Assembly: GCA_027623195.1 (NCBI GenBank)
Contig: JAQBUT010000014.1
Span: forward strand, 1 to 64,000
Direction: 5' to 3'
Length of the DNA stretch: 64,000 bases
Origin: Chloroflexota bacterium
GTDB lineage: Bacteria > Chloroflexota > Dehalococcoidia > Lucifugimonadales > JADFKI01
Shown here: positions 40,548 through 50,006 of the stretch, piece after piece
How positions within the stretch are numbered: position 1 is the first letter of the stretch
How the letters are laid out: each line of letters opens with the position of its first letter
The notes under the pieces: model-generated
Database searches by the model: none
Told to the model about the DNA's origin: nothing
What the model saw: only the letters and a program-made list of their open reading frames with translations
Program-made: the position numbers and the translations under genes

Positions 40548-41471
40548 CTAGTGAGTTGCCCGGTAATAAGCCACGACGTCACCAATGCCGTCTTCAAGCT
40601 CCACCGTCGGAGACCAGCCAAGTTTGGCCCTGGCCCTGGCGTAATCTAGACTTGATCGGTCCACCTCACCGGGCCTTTTGTGAGCGTACTTAGGCTCCAT
40701 ATCCGAGCGCACGGCCTTGCGGACCGCCTCGAATACCTGGAGGTCTGTTATCTCCTTGCCGCCGGCTAGGTTATAGGTCTCGTTGTCGCCCGCGTCGCGA
40801 ATGGCAAGCACGTTGCCCTTAACGATATCGCCTACGTAGACGTAATCGCGGGTCTTGGTGCCATCGCCAAAGATAGTGGGCTGCACGCCCTCAACGAACT
40901 GCTTGGTGAATATTGAGATTACTCCCGCTTCGCCGTCTGGGTTCTGGCGCGGGCCAAAGACGTTGCCGTAGCGGAGAATCTTGTACTTCAGGCCATAAGC
41001 GAGCGCGAACATCCGTATGTAGCCCTCGACCGCATACTTGGACGCGCCGTAAGCAGACTCCGGGAGGACGGGGTGGCCTTCGTCCATTGGTATGTACTGG
41101 GCCCCGGCGTAGACCGCGCATGTAGACGCAAAGACTACACGCTCCACCTTCTGTTCCACGCAGGCCCGGACCACGTTAATGGAACCCAAAACGTTTACCG
41201 TAGCGTCCCGAACGGGGTCCGCCATAGAAAGCCTGACGCTGGTCTGAGCTGCCAAATGGCTGACCACCTGTGGCTTAACTTCGGCAAAAACCGACCGGGT
41301 GGCCTCGAAGTCAGTTATGTCAGCCTTGTGGAAATCGGCCCGAGGGTTGAGATTAGCTTCTGAGCCCGCTGACAGGTCGTCGATTACGGCGACTTCATGT
41401 CCCTCTTCGATTAGAGCATCGACCAGATGAGACCCGATAAATCCGGCGCCGCCCGTGACCAGAACTTTCAT
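40548..41471 (-). CDS. NAD-dependent epimerase/dehydratase (GalE-like)
   Basis: TGGAGFIGSH, YGASK, RYGNVFGPRQ, RDYVYV. Confidence 0.92.
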   Translation of the reverse strand: MKVLVTGGAGFIGSHLVDALIEEGHEVAVIDDLSAGSEANLNPRADFHKADITDFEATRSVFAEVKPQVVSHLAAQTSVRLSMADPVRDATVNVLGSINVVRACVEQKVERVVFASTCAVYAGAQYIPMDEGHPVLPESAYGASKYAVEGYIRMFALAYGLKYKILRYGNVFGPRQNPDGEAGVISIFTKQFVEGVQPTIFGDGTKTRDYVYVGDIVKGNVLAIRDAGDNETYNLAGGKEITDLQVFEAVRKAVRSDMEPKYAHKRPGEVDRSSLDYARARAKLGWSPTVELEDGIGDVVAYYRATH

Positions 41472-41568
41472 AGCGTTACGCCGACACAGACTATCGCAAT
41501 AATTTCACGCGCTACGAGATTCGACGACATAAAGGGCCTCCACAAATATGAGCACGAGGTTACCGCGA

Positions 41569-42140
41569 TCAAAGAAGGTTGGTAAGCCTTGGCCGCAGCA
41601 CCATGCGTATCAATGACATTAGCAAAGCACTCAGCAAAACGAAGAGCACCAGATTCCAGTCAAACCCATGAATAATCAGTCCCAACGCAGTGCCAGCAGC
41701 GGGAGGGTGTTCAGTGTTCGTGACTGCCATAAAGAGGATACTCAACCCCAGTGAAAGCGCGGCCATAATATCGAAAATTATTCTGTTATGTTCCACCAGA
41801 GGATTCAAAAAATCTGAATGCAACAGCAGGCTTAACGCCCCCCCCCAATTAATATGGCAACGAGATGACCGCCGATGACTCTTCTGGGGGTGGCGGCAAT
41901 GCTGTTGGGGACAACGAAGATAATGAAGGCGGTTGACGCCACGGCCACAATTACGGCAGCGTTAAGGACCGCGTCTTCCACAACCAGGATTATTAAGAGA
42001 ACCAGGGTTGCCATGCCGCACTGAAATAGGTACTGGGGTGCTAGAGTGAGTACTCTTCGATCCCAAAGCCCTCCATGAATCGCCTGATTTAGGCTTTGCC
42101 ATCCGAACTTTGCAGGGCCGGAGCCTAGTTTCATAAGCAC
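41569..42140 (-). pseudogene. HPP-family membrane protein split by a frameshift in a G9 tract
   Basis: N-half ASTAFIIFVVP.S..ATPRRVIGGH; C-half TEHPPAAGTALG; C9 at 41838-41846 on the plus strand. Confidence 0.82.
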
Positions 42141-42381
42141 GTCTTCTCAAAGGTTTTCGCGGTGCGCCCTATGTCGTGAACCTTACAACAAAATCCCGAC
42201 TGATTCAAGGAGATTACAAATATCTGTCCGAAACGGCGATTGACAATGATTTTGGAGCCGCTTAGAATCGCTGAGATGACCTCTTTTTCGCCCATGCTTT
42301 CGGGTTTGTCCACGGCTGCGCACAGGTGTGCATCGAGGTGGCTGCGCGGCTATATCACCACGAATCCCGTAAAGGGGTAGA

Positions 42382-43812
42382 TTGAGCGAATCCTGGAGTC
42401 CCAAGCCAGCAGATAGGGTAGTCCGTCATCCGCGAGAGGATGACATCAAGCCCATACGGCTGACGGTGACCGCCCGTAGAGTACCTTCCAAGTTCGCCGC
42501 CACCCCATTGCTTATGGTGTATACCTTCCTGGGTTTGGTAGCCATAGGCACCCTCCTCCTCCTCCTGCCTTTTACACATCACGGTTCCGGGCTCACGCCC
42601 ATCATGACCGCTGTGTTTACGTCTACGTCAGCTATCACCGGGACTGGCCTGGTGGTGGAGGACACGGCACTTTACTGGACCCGAATCGGACAGGTAATCA
42701 TTCTTGGGCTCATCTACGTTGGCGGACTGGGGTTCATGACAATCGCCACCTTCATGATGATTCTGATCGGCCAGCGGGTCACGCTGGCCCAACGGCTCCT
42801 CGTGCGGGAAAGTCTGATGATAAACCAGTTAGGCGGCATTGTACGCCTCACAGTGGGCATCGTCATCGTGGCGACACTTATTCAGGTTATAGGCTTCTTG
42901 GCACTGTTTTCCCGGTTCTACTTCCTTTACCCAGTTCCCGAAGCTATCTGGCAGGCTGTATTTCATTCTGTTTCATCGTTCAACAGCGCTGGCTTTTCCG
43001 TCTTTCTCGAGGCAGACCAACTTATTGCTTTCCGTGGCGACATCCCGGTTATGGGAGTCATGTCGGTACTCACCTTCATAGGAGCGCTGAGCTATCTAGT
43101 GATAATCGATCTCGTAAGACTCAGAAAATTTTCCTTGTTCACTCTGAACACCAAGCTAGTCTTGGTTATGACATTGGCGGTTAGCGTCATTTCCATTGCC
43201 GGATTCATGATATCCGAATACAGCAACGTCGATACGATAGGCACGCTGTCTTTCACCGACAAGCTCGTAGCCTCCGTGTTTCAGGGCATAAGCCTTCGCA
43301 GTTCTGGGTTCACCATCGCAGACCTTGGCTACGCGAACCAGCACACTAATTTCCTGACGTCGGGCCTAATGTTCATCGGCGGCACGTCGGCTTCGGTTGC
43401 AGGGGGATTAAAGGTGAACACGCTCGCCATCATTCTATTAAGTGTTGTGGCGCTCATTCGCGGACGAAACCACGCTACAGCATTTGGAAGAGAGTTACCT
43501 GCTTCTCTAGTGCAGAGAGCCATGGTACTGGGAACAGTGTCAGTAGCCTTTATGTTTTTGGTCGTGTTCCTTTTGACCATATCAGAAGGTGCAGCAGATT
43601 TGAGCGCAATAGTATTCGAAGCTACCTCTGCCTTTGGCACGGTTGGCCTTAGCACCGGTCTAACACCTAACCTATCTGTAGTGGGTGAGTGGTTAATAAT
43701 AGCTACGATGTTTGTCGGAAAGCTAGGTCCTTTAACGATAGGTCTCACGATGGCACAGAGGACTGAGCATGACCTCTACAGGTACCCCCAGGAAAGAGTT
43801 ACAATAGGCTAA
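42382..43812 (+). CDS. ktrB: TrkH/KtrB-family potassium uptake membrane subunit
   Basis: Four pore-loop Gly motifs (TGL, AGF, SGF, TVGLS), MFIGG..AS.AGG.K, C-terminal YPQERVTIG. Confidence 0.9.
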   Translation: MSESWSPKPADRVVRHPREDDIKPIRLTVTARRVPSKFAATPLLMVYTFLGLVAIGTLLLLLPFTHHGSGLTPIMTAVFTSTSAITGTGLVVEDTALYWTRIGQVIILGLIYVGGLGFMTIATFMMILIGQRVTLAQRLLVRESLMINQLGGIVRLTVGIVIVATLIQVIGFLALFSRFYFLYPVPEAIWQAVFHSVSSFNSAGFSVFLEADQLIAFRGDIPVMGVMSVLTFIGALSYLVIIDLVRLRKFSLFTLNTKLVLVMTLAVSVISIAGFMISEYSNVDTIGTLSFTDKLVASVFQGISLRSSGFTIADLGYANQHTNFLTSGLMFIGGTSASVAGGLKVNTLAIILLSVVALIRGRNHATAFGRELPASLVQRAMVLGTVSVAFMFLVVFLLTISEGAADLSAIVFEATSAFGTVGLSTGLTPNLSVVGEWLIIATMFVGKLGPLTIGLTMAQRTEHDLYRYPQERVTIG

Positions 43813-43840
43813 TTAATCAGGACCTCCAGGTGATACTGAT

Positions 43841-44497
43841 ATGAAAAAGCAAGTAATTGTAGTGGGGTTGGGGCGCTTCGGCTCCAGCGTTGCCACGTCA
43901 CTTTACCATTTGGGCCACGACGTTCTCGCCATGGATAAGGATGAATCCAAGGTCCAAAATATGATGGGGCAAGCTACCCACGCCCTAACTGGCAACGCCA
44001 CGGATGAGCACGTTTTCAGGGAGTTGGGCATACCAGATTACGATGTGGCCATAGTTTCGATCGGCTCGGACCTGGTTTCCAGCGTAATGGCCTCCGTGCT
44101 TCTGAAGACCATGGGCGTCCCCTACATCGTGGCCAGGGCGCACGACGAACTGCACGGCAACACACTAGAGCGCATAGGTGTCAACAGGGTGGTGTATGCC
44201 GAGTCGGAAATGGGTCTTCGCCTGGCGCATACGCTCTTCAACCCGAACGTCCAGGAGTACCTGGAACTGACCCCAAACTTTGGGATAAGCAAGATTCTCG
44301 TCCCCAACAGGTTCGACGAGATGAGCCTCAAGGAGTTGGGGTTCTCCAGTCCTCGGGATAAATACGGCCTGGCCGTTCTGGCAATACGCCGTGGCAAGGA
44401 CATAACCCTCAACCCGGACAGCGACGAACGTCTTCACGCTGGCGACTGGCTTGTGCTTGCCGGAAGAGACGACCTTCTGGACAATCTCGACACCTAA
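43841..44497 (+). CDS. ktrA: KtrA/TrkA-family RCK regulatory subunit
   Basis: GLGRFG RCK_N plus RCK_C (LAIRRG). Confidence 0.9.
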   Translation: MKKQVIVVGLGRFGSSVATSLYHLGHDVLAMDKDESKVQNMMGQATHALTGNATDEHVFRELGIPDYDVAIVSIGSDLVSSVMASVLLKTMGVPYIVARAHDELHGNTLERIGVNRVVYAESEMGLRLAHTLFNPNVQEYLELTPNFGISKILVPNRFDEMSLKELGFSSPRDKYGLAVLAIRRGKDITLNPDSDERLHAGDWLVLAGRDDLLDNLDT

Positions 44498-44542
44498 AAT
44501 CCCCTTAAAGTGATTAGGTAATCGGCGTAGAAGGGCAGTGCC

Positions 44543-44995
44543 ATGGACATCTCAACTGCACTGGTAGCAGTACGAGGCGACGCCAACGATGACGAAGCCG
44601 TTAGGTTGGCTGGAGAGCTGCTTAACAGCTCCAAGAGCACCCTGTACATCCTGTACGTCATCGAAATGGAGCGAGGCCTACCTCTCGACGCTGAGGTTGG
44701 TGCTTCGACTGCCAAAGGCGAGCAGGTCCTGAAACATATGGAAGATGTGGCCAAGCGCTTCAAATGCAAGACGGAGGCCCATCTGCTTCAGGCGAGGCAG
44801 GCCGGCGGCGCCGTCATTCAAGAGGCCGTCGAAAAGAAGGTCGAGGCCATAGTGATCAGCATGCCATACATTGGCCAATATGCGGCATATTCGATTGGGG
44901 AAACGGTACCGTACGTCCTTAAGAATGCCCCCTGCCGCGTAATATTATGCCGCGGCGAGAGACCTGCCCCAGTCACCAATGAACGAAACCGCTAA
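44543..44995 (+). CDS. Universal stress protein
   Basis: LYILYVIE, GETVPYVLKNAPCRV. Confidence 0.85.
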   Translation: MDISTALVAVRGDANDDEAVRLAGELLNSSKSTLYILYVIEMERGLPLDAEVGASTAKGEQVLKHMEDVAKRFKCKTEAHLLQARQAGGAVIQEAVEKKVEAIVISMPYIGQYAAYSIGETVPYVLKNAPCRVILCRGERPAPVTNERNR

Positions 44996-45029
44996 AGCCT
45001 TTCCATGATTCTTATATGTCAGCATACCT

Positions 45030-45476
45030 ATGACCACAAGTTCTAACGCCCGCACCAAGGGGCCACCCACGACGGTAATCATGGGGTGCGGCAGGCTGGG
45101 CGCTTCCATAGCCCACAGCCTCCTGCAGGACGGCCATCGCATCTACATAATGGACATCCAGGCCAGCAACTTCGACAGGTTGCGCTCAGACCCAGTCCAA
45201 TTAGGCCTCATCACCCCTATGGTGGGCGACGGCACGGTCTACGCCGACTTGCGGAAGACGCCAGTAAGAGATGCGGGTGTATTCATAGCCGTTTCCGGCA
45301 GGGACACTCAGAACGCCTTGGCCGCGCAAATCGCCAGGCATATTTTCGAGGTTCCAAATGTGATATGCCGAATGAATGATCCCGATCGACAGGCCATGTA
45401 CCAGGAGCTGGGGTTAAAGGCCATCAGCGGCATTAAGCCTTTGACTGATCTGGTTGTTAGGGCGGCAAAGGACTAA
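45030..45476 (+). CDS. TrkA N-domain-only protein
   Basis: IMGCGRLG, GDG, D..N, ICR..DP.R. Confidence 0.85.
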   Translation: MTTSSNARTKGPPTTVIMGCGRLGASIAHSLLQDGHRIYIMDIQASNFDRLRSDPVQLGLITPMVGDGTVYADLRKTPVRDAGVFIAVSGRDTQNALAAQIARHIFEVPNVICRMNDPDRQAMYQELGLKAISGIKPLTDLVVRAAKD

Positions 45477-45895
45477 TGTACGCTATCATCGTGGGCGCAG
45501 GTAGGACTGGACTGGCGATCGCAAGCTGGCTCCTGAATGGGGAGAATGAGGTCACCGTGGTTGACAGGTCAGTCGCAAAGTGCGAATCTTTGGAAGACCT
45601 GTTTGGCGGCGTGGCCGTACTGGGCGACGGAGCCGAATACGGAGTCTTGGCCAAGGCGGGAACCAACCGCGCAGACGTGGTGGTCGCCGCTACTGGAATG
45701 GATGACGTAAACCTTGTGACGTGCCAGATTGCGATGCACCGATTCGCAGTGAAAAGGACCGTGGCTGTTATTCAAAATCCCGAATACCAGGAGCTGTTCG
45801 AGACATTAGGGATCGGCACTGTCGTAAACGCGACCAGGATGATCACCGATAATATGATGAGCGCGCTGTCAGGCATTACCTCAGAAAGCCCATGA
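45476..45895 (+). CDS. TrkA N-domain-only protein
   Basis: IVGAGRTG, GDG, TG.DDVNL; TAATG overlap with the upstream gene. Confidence 0.85.
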   Translation: MYAIIVGAGRTGLAIASWLLNGENEVTVVDRSVAKCESLEDLFGGVAVLGDGAEYGVLAKAGTNRADVVVAATGMDDVNLVTCQIAMHRFAVKRTVAVIQNPEYQELFETLGIGTVVNATRMITDNMMSALSGITSESP

Positions 45896-45917
45896 CGGCC
45901 CTCTTAGGGACTGCCGA

Positions 45918-46754
45918 ATGAAGAAGCGCCTATCCTACCTAGGCCCCGAGGGAACCTACACAGAAGAGGCCGCAACCAAGTATGACCCCGACGCCTACCT
46001 CGTATCCTGCCCCACGATAACCGCCGCCGCTAACGCCGCCGAATCCGGCGATGCTGATGAGGCTGTGCTACCCATTGAAAACAGTTTGGGAGGCGCGGTG
46101 GCAGAAACCCTGGACCTGTTGATTCACCAGTCCAAACTGCAAATTCGCAGTGAGATAGTCCTGCCTATTCACCACTGCATTATGGCCAAGCACGACACTA
46201 ATCCGGCCGATGTCAGCGTCGTGTTCTCCCATCCACAGTCGCTGGCCCAATGCAGAGGTTACCTGGAGCGCCATTACCCTAATGCCCGACTAGTCGCATC
46301 GTTGAGCAATTCCGCGGCAGTAGGGGAGATGCAAGCCAGCGAAGAGACTGCCGCAGCGATAGCAGGTCGGCGAGCGGCGGAGCTATATCAGGCAAACGTC
46401 CTTGACCGGGAGATTGAAGACAACCCCAGTAACGCCACTCGATTCGTCGTCATGGGCCACACCGATCACGAACCCACCGGTAACGATAAGACCTCGTTAT
46501 GCTTCGACTTCAAATCAGACGCGCCCGGTATACTGGTCGTCGCATTAGGCGAATTCTCCAATCGAGACCTAAATCTCAACAAGATAGAGTCTCGTCCTAC
46601 GCGATTGGGATTGGGACGTTACATCTTCCTTGTGGACATCGACGGGCATAGGCAGGACGCTAAGGTGGTTGAAGCGTTGGATGCCCTGAGGAAGCATGTT
46701 TCCATGCTGAAGGTGCTGGGATCGTACCCCAAGGAAGTCTCCTCCTCAATTTAA
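45918..46754 (+). CDS. pheA: Prephenate dehydratase
   Basis: YLGPEGTY, PIENS, SHPQSLAQC, NATRF, IESRP ACT domain. Confidence 0.95.
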   Translation: MKKRLSYLGPEGTYTEEAATKYDPDAYLVSCPTITAAANAAESGDADEAVLPIENSLGGAVAETLDLLIHQSKLQIRSEIVLPIHHCIMAKHDTNPADVSVVFSHPQSLAQCRGYLERHYPNARLVASLSNSAAVGEMQASEETAAAIAGRRAAELYQANVLDREIEDNPSNATRFVVMGHTDHEPTGNDKTSLCFDFKSDAPGILVVALGEFSNRDLNLNKIESRPTRLGLGRYIFLVDIDGHRQDAKVVEALDALRKHVSMLKVLGSYPKEVSSSI

Positions 46755-46781
46755 ATTCTCCATTATCTGGCTTAGAAAAAT

Positions 46782-46818
46782 AAAACAGGCCCGGCATAAT
46801 ATGCCGGGCCTGTTCTTT
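46782..46818. terminator. Bidirectional terminator
   Basis: aacaggcccggcat...atgccgggcctgtt stem. Confidence 0.8.
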
Positions 46819-46851
46819 GAGTTCAATTTCCATGGGCCGGATTGGGACTAG

Positions 46852-47196
46852 CTAGACCTGCTCTTCAGAAGTCGCCCCGTCGAGGCCAGCATTCTGACCA
46901 TTCATTTCAGTGCCGGGCTGCGTGTCTGGAGTCTGAGCGATTACCGGGTTTACTGCAGGGCCAAACCGTCCTCGTACCCCAACGACGGCGGATTCGACGG
47001 AAGGTCCAACGCGCTCGCGCATGCTAGCGGCCATTTCATCAGCTCGGGAACGCCAAGTCTGGCTGCGTTCCGCCAGGTCAGATCTGGTTTCGGCACCTGC
47101 CTTGGGTGCCATCAGCATGGCTGCGAGAGCCCCAATAATTCCGCCAAGAATGAATCCTAAGGTAAATGAACCGCCATGTTCTTTATCGTCTGCCAC
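46852..47196 (-). CDS. YtxH-domain protein
   Basis: GFILGGIIGALAAMLMAPKAGAETR. Confidence 0.85.
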   Translation of the reverse strand: MADDKEHGGSFTLGFILGGIIGALAAMLMAPKAGAETRSDLAERSQTWRSRADEMAASMRERVGPSVESAVVGVRGRFGPAVNPVIAQTPDTQPGTEMNGQNAGLDGATSEEQV

Positions 47197-47216
47197 AATT
47201 GTACCTCCTCTAGCGC

Positions 47217-47495
47217 TTATTCCTGCTTCTTACTGCCTCGTAGGAAGGCCACTACTTTCCCAACACCAAATGCCACGCCCGAACCCTTGGAGGCGGGGCC
47301 TACTATGTTATCTTGCACAGAGGCAACCATCTCCTCTGTTGTCTTGACGATACGACCTACAGAGCCTATGGCTTGGGACACCTTGCGATATGTGAGGATC
47401 ACTGTCGCCAGCAAAGCGAGCAACAGTACCAACATAATAATGTCTCGAAGAAGGCCTACATATACTGCAATTGCTTCGACGGCCTCTGGGACCAT
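47217..47495 (-). CDS. Small membrane protein, probable YtxH partner
   Basis: AGGAG RBS, one TM helix plus an amphipathic region, co-oriented upstream of the YtxH gene. Confidence 0.7.
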   Translation of the reverse strand: MVPEAVEAIAVYVGLLRDIIMLVLLLALLATVILTYRKVSQAIGSVGRIVKTTEEMVASVQDNIVGPASKGSGVAFGVGKVVAFLRGSKKQE

Positions 47496-47793
47496 GAATC
47501 GGCTCCTGCGTATTTATACTTTAATCGTAGCATTCCCTAGAGACACCATCAATACAGAACCTGAAATCCATGCAGCCCGTTGCCAATGGCCTGCATCCCT
47601 CAACGTAGTGTGTCATAACATAAATGGCCAAAAGCTCTATTGAACGAGACTCAAAAAGCTCCGCATTTCCGAGGATATTTTCGAGTTTTGGAGAATTAGG
47701 CCGCTTGTAGAAGCAGAAAGCGCGTCGTCCAGCAATCCGAAATGTTGCGAGCAACGCGCTCTCTGGTTATTCAGAGGTTTTAAAGAAACGACG

Positions 47794-48783
47794 TTACGGT
47801 TGTATCAGCATCCTTACGAACCCAGCCGGATCTTTTCGCTGAGTGATGATGCTATGGTTTCGGTTCTCAGCCCAGACGATTACGTCGTAGGTATTCAGCA
47901 CGTCCGGTATGACAACTTCGACGAAGGACTTGGAGTCCTGACCAATTTGCTCGGTCAACGCTGCAATTATGCCCGCGCATGTCTTGCCAGTGCCGTCGAT
48001 GATTACCCAGCCGTTGTCCGAAGTGCCGTTGGTCCCATTTGTGCCATTGCCAGCAGACGCGTAAACGTCTACCTCACCAGTGAGGCGCATGTCCACCTGC
48101 CGCTTGAACTCGGCCACCGGCTCCCAATGCACGCTGGACTCTCGATCGCCCTTCGTGCAGGCGGCGCCGCGTACCCCGACGATGTCCGGGTTGATGCGAG
48201 CGAGTTCATCCAGGTCCTTAAGGGCCAGATGACCGGAAAGAGCAGTACTCATGCCAGCTTCCTTACCCTCCAGGACCATCTCCTTCAACTCATCCTCGCG
48301 GACAAAGTCGAAAAGGTTTCGCCCGTCTTTGGTAAGGGTGTCCAACAGCCAGCCATCGCACTTGGTCTCCTTGGCCAGCTTATTCATGTAATGAGGTTCC
48401 AGGCCGCCGTACAGCATGTTATCGGCGAAAATACAGCCGATGAGCTTGGTTTCGAAGCCATCCAAGACCTCACGGCAGGCGTTCAGAGTCTCCGCCGCCA
48501 CCGCGTATTCGGTGTCCATAAACCCCACCTTCACCGAGGTCGCTCGAAGAACGCCCGCAGTGTAGACCGCCATGGCCACGGTGCCAATCTGATTGGGGAC
48601 TACGCCCAAGGTCACACTGGCGTGTCGATCCATGGGAATTGCGTTTCTCACGTCCCGCACTATGTGGGGGTGCGCTGACCCGACCCGAGCCTCCTGGAGG
48701 TTCTTGACGTCGACAATATCGGCCCCGCCCTTCAGTGCTTGAAGTGCTTCTTCCAGGTTCTGGACGCTAACCATAAGAATCAT
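47794..48783 (-). CDS. mfnB: MfnB-like (4-HFC-P synthase, DUF556) enzyme with a C-terminal TusA/SirA-like domain
   Basis: LMVSV.N.EEA..A..GGADIVDVKN, VKVG, LDTLTKDG, ALSG.L, PDIVGVRGAAC; NGT-repeat linker then IDGTGKTC. Confidence 0.8.
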   Translation of the reverse strand: MILMVSVQNLEEALQALKGGADIVDVKNLQEARVGSAHPHIVRDVRNAIPMDRHASVTLGVVPNQIGTVAMAVYTAGVLRATSVKVGFMDTEYAVAAETLNACREVLDGFETKLIGCIFADNMLYGGLEPHYMNKLAKETKCDGWLLDTLTKDGRNLFDFVREDELKEMVLEGKEAGMSTALSGHLALKDLDELARINPDIVGVRGAACTKGDRESSVHWEPVAEFKRQVDMRLTGEVDVYASAGNGTNGTNGTSDNGWVIIDGTGKTCAGIIAALTEQIGQDSKSFVEVVIPDVLNTYDVIVWAENRNHSIITQRKDPAGFVRMLIQP

Positions 48784-48802
48784 TGTTTTATCTCACTAAA
48801 CT

Positions 48803-49774
48803 CTATATTTTCTGCAAGGCCTCTTCTACGTCCTGTTTCACCTGCGCCTTGATCTCGTCGGTGAAATTGATGTGTGGCTGGCGTACGTGTCCGCCGGCCA
48901 TACCCATAAGCTCGCCCCAGTACTTACAAAGAGGAGCGGGCAGGGCACCATTGGCCATCTCGACCGTCCGCTTCCACCATTTGTCTGAAACATCCTTGAT
49001 AGGTTTCACGTGGGTGTCGTAGAACGCCCTGTCCAGATCGCCTCGCATGGCCTTGTCGATGAACTGGTTGTAGTAGTTCTTCTCAGGGGTGTCGAAACGC
49101 CAATCGGACGTATTGGCGAACATTACCTGCTGTTCAAAGCCCATCTCTTTGCCTTTGAACATGATCCACTCGTCCGGTGTGCTAATGATGGCGTCGCGGC
49201 CCAACCTGGTGTGGGCCTCTATGGACAGCTCCGGATTGAAGCTGGCTTCCTTTACGCCTACGACATTGGGAATCTCGCATATAGAACCCAAGCCGTCTGC
49301 GCTCATAACGATGCCAAACTGTGGAGAGTTGTAATACATAATTGCGAGGTCGGTGTTGTCGGCCAGCATCTTGACCCAGTCGATAACCTGTCCCTCAGTT
49401 TTGGTGACCATGTAGGGCGCGGCCACTATGAGGAGATCGAATCCAACACCCTCGGCATGCTTGGCCAGGGCAATCATATCCTTGTACGAGGTATGGGTGA
49501 CGTGGGCCGCTATGGGCCACTCCCCGCCAGCCTCGTCGGCCGAAACGCTGTACACACGAAGCCGCTCTGCCATCGTAAGGCTCCAGAATTCACCCATTGC
49601 CCAGGTGCAGCCTCCGCCCTGGGTACCCAGGGAGCGGACATGTCGAATATTATGCCTGAGGCCCTCCTCGTCTAGCTCGTCCTCCGGAGTAAAGGGCGTC
49701 ATCAGAGTAGTCCACTGGCCACGCAAATTCTCGCGGGCCCAATCCATTGCTTCAGCTTTAGTATATTCAGCCAA
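48803..49774 (-). CDS. DHDPS/NAL-family class I aldolase (not DapA)
   Basis: MTPF, WAMGEFWSLT..ER, MYYN, GVKEAS (Schiff-base Lys). Confidence 0.85.
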   Translation of the reverse strand: MAEYTKAEAMDWARENLRGQWTTLMTPFTPEDELDEEGLRHNIRHVRSLGTQGGGCTWAMGEFWSLTMAERLRVYSVSADEAGGEWPIAAHVTHTSYKDMIALAKHAEGVGFDLLIVAAPYMVTKTEGQVIDWVKMLADNTDLAIMYYNSPQFGIVMSADGLGSICEIPNVVGVKEASFNPELSIEAHTRLGRDAIISTPDEWIMFKGKEMGFEQQVMFANTSDWRFDTPEKNYYNQFIDKAMRGDLDRAFYDTHVKPIKDVSDKWWKRTVEMANGALPAPLCKYWGELMGMAGGHVRQPHINFTDEIKAQVKQDVEEALQKI

Positions 49775-50006
49775 CCCCCACCTCCTTTTGGCGCTTTCGC
49801 TTAAGGCACCTTAGCCAGACTTCAGGGTAGCCAAAAATCGGCACAATTCCCCAACGTAAAAGGCCGGTTTCATCGGAGTTTATGATAGCTACGGCCCCTG
49901 CCTATGTCAACATTAAGGCGTCGAAATACGGCAGAAACCCAGGAGCGGGTCGTCAGTCAATTGGGGCGTATAAACGCGAGGGAAGTCTATCGGGAAAGGA
50001 GGGGTT

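Noticed and set aside
47800..48678. Long antisense ORFs (also 10709-11521, 7915-8661, 9422-10120)
   Set aside because: Shadow frames of well-supported genes caused by codon bias; no motifs or RBS
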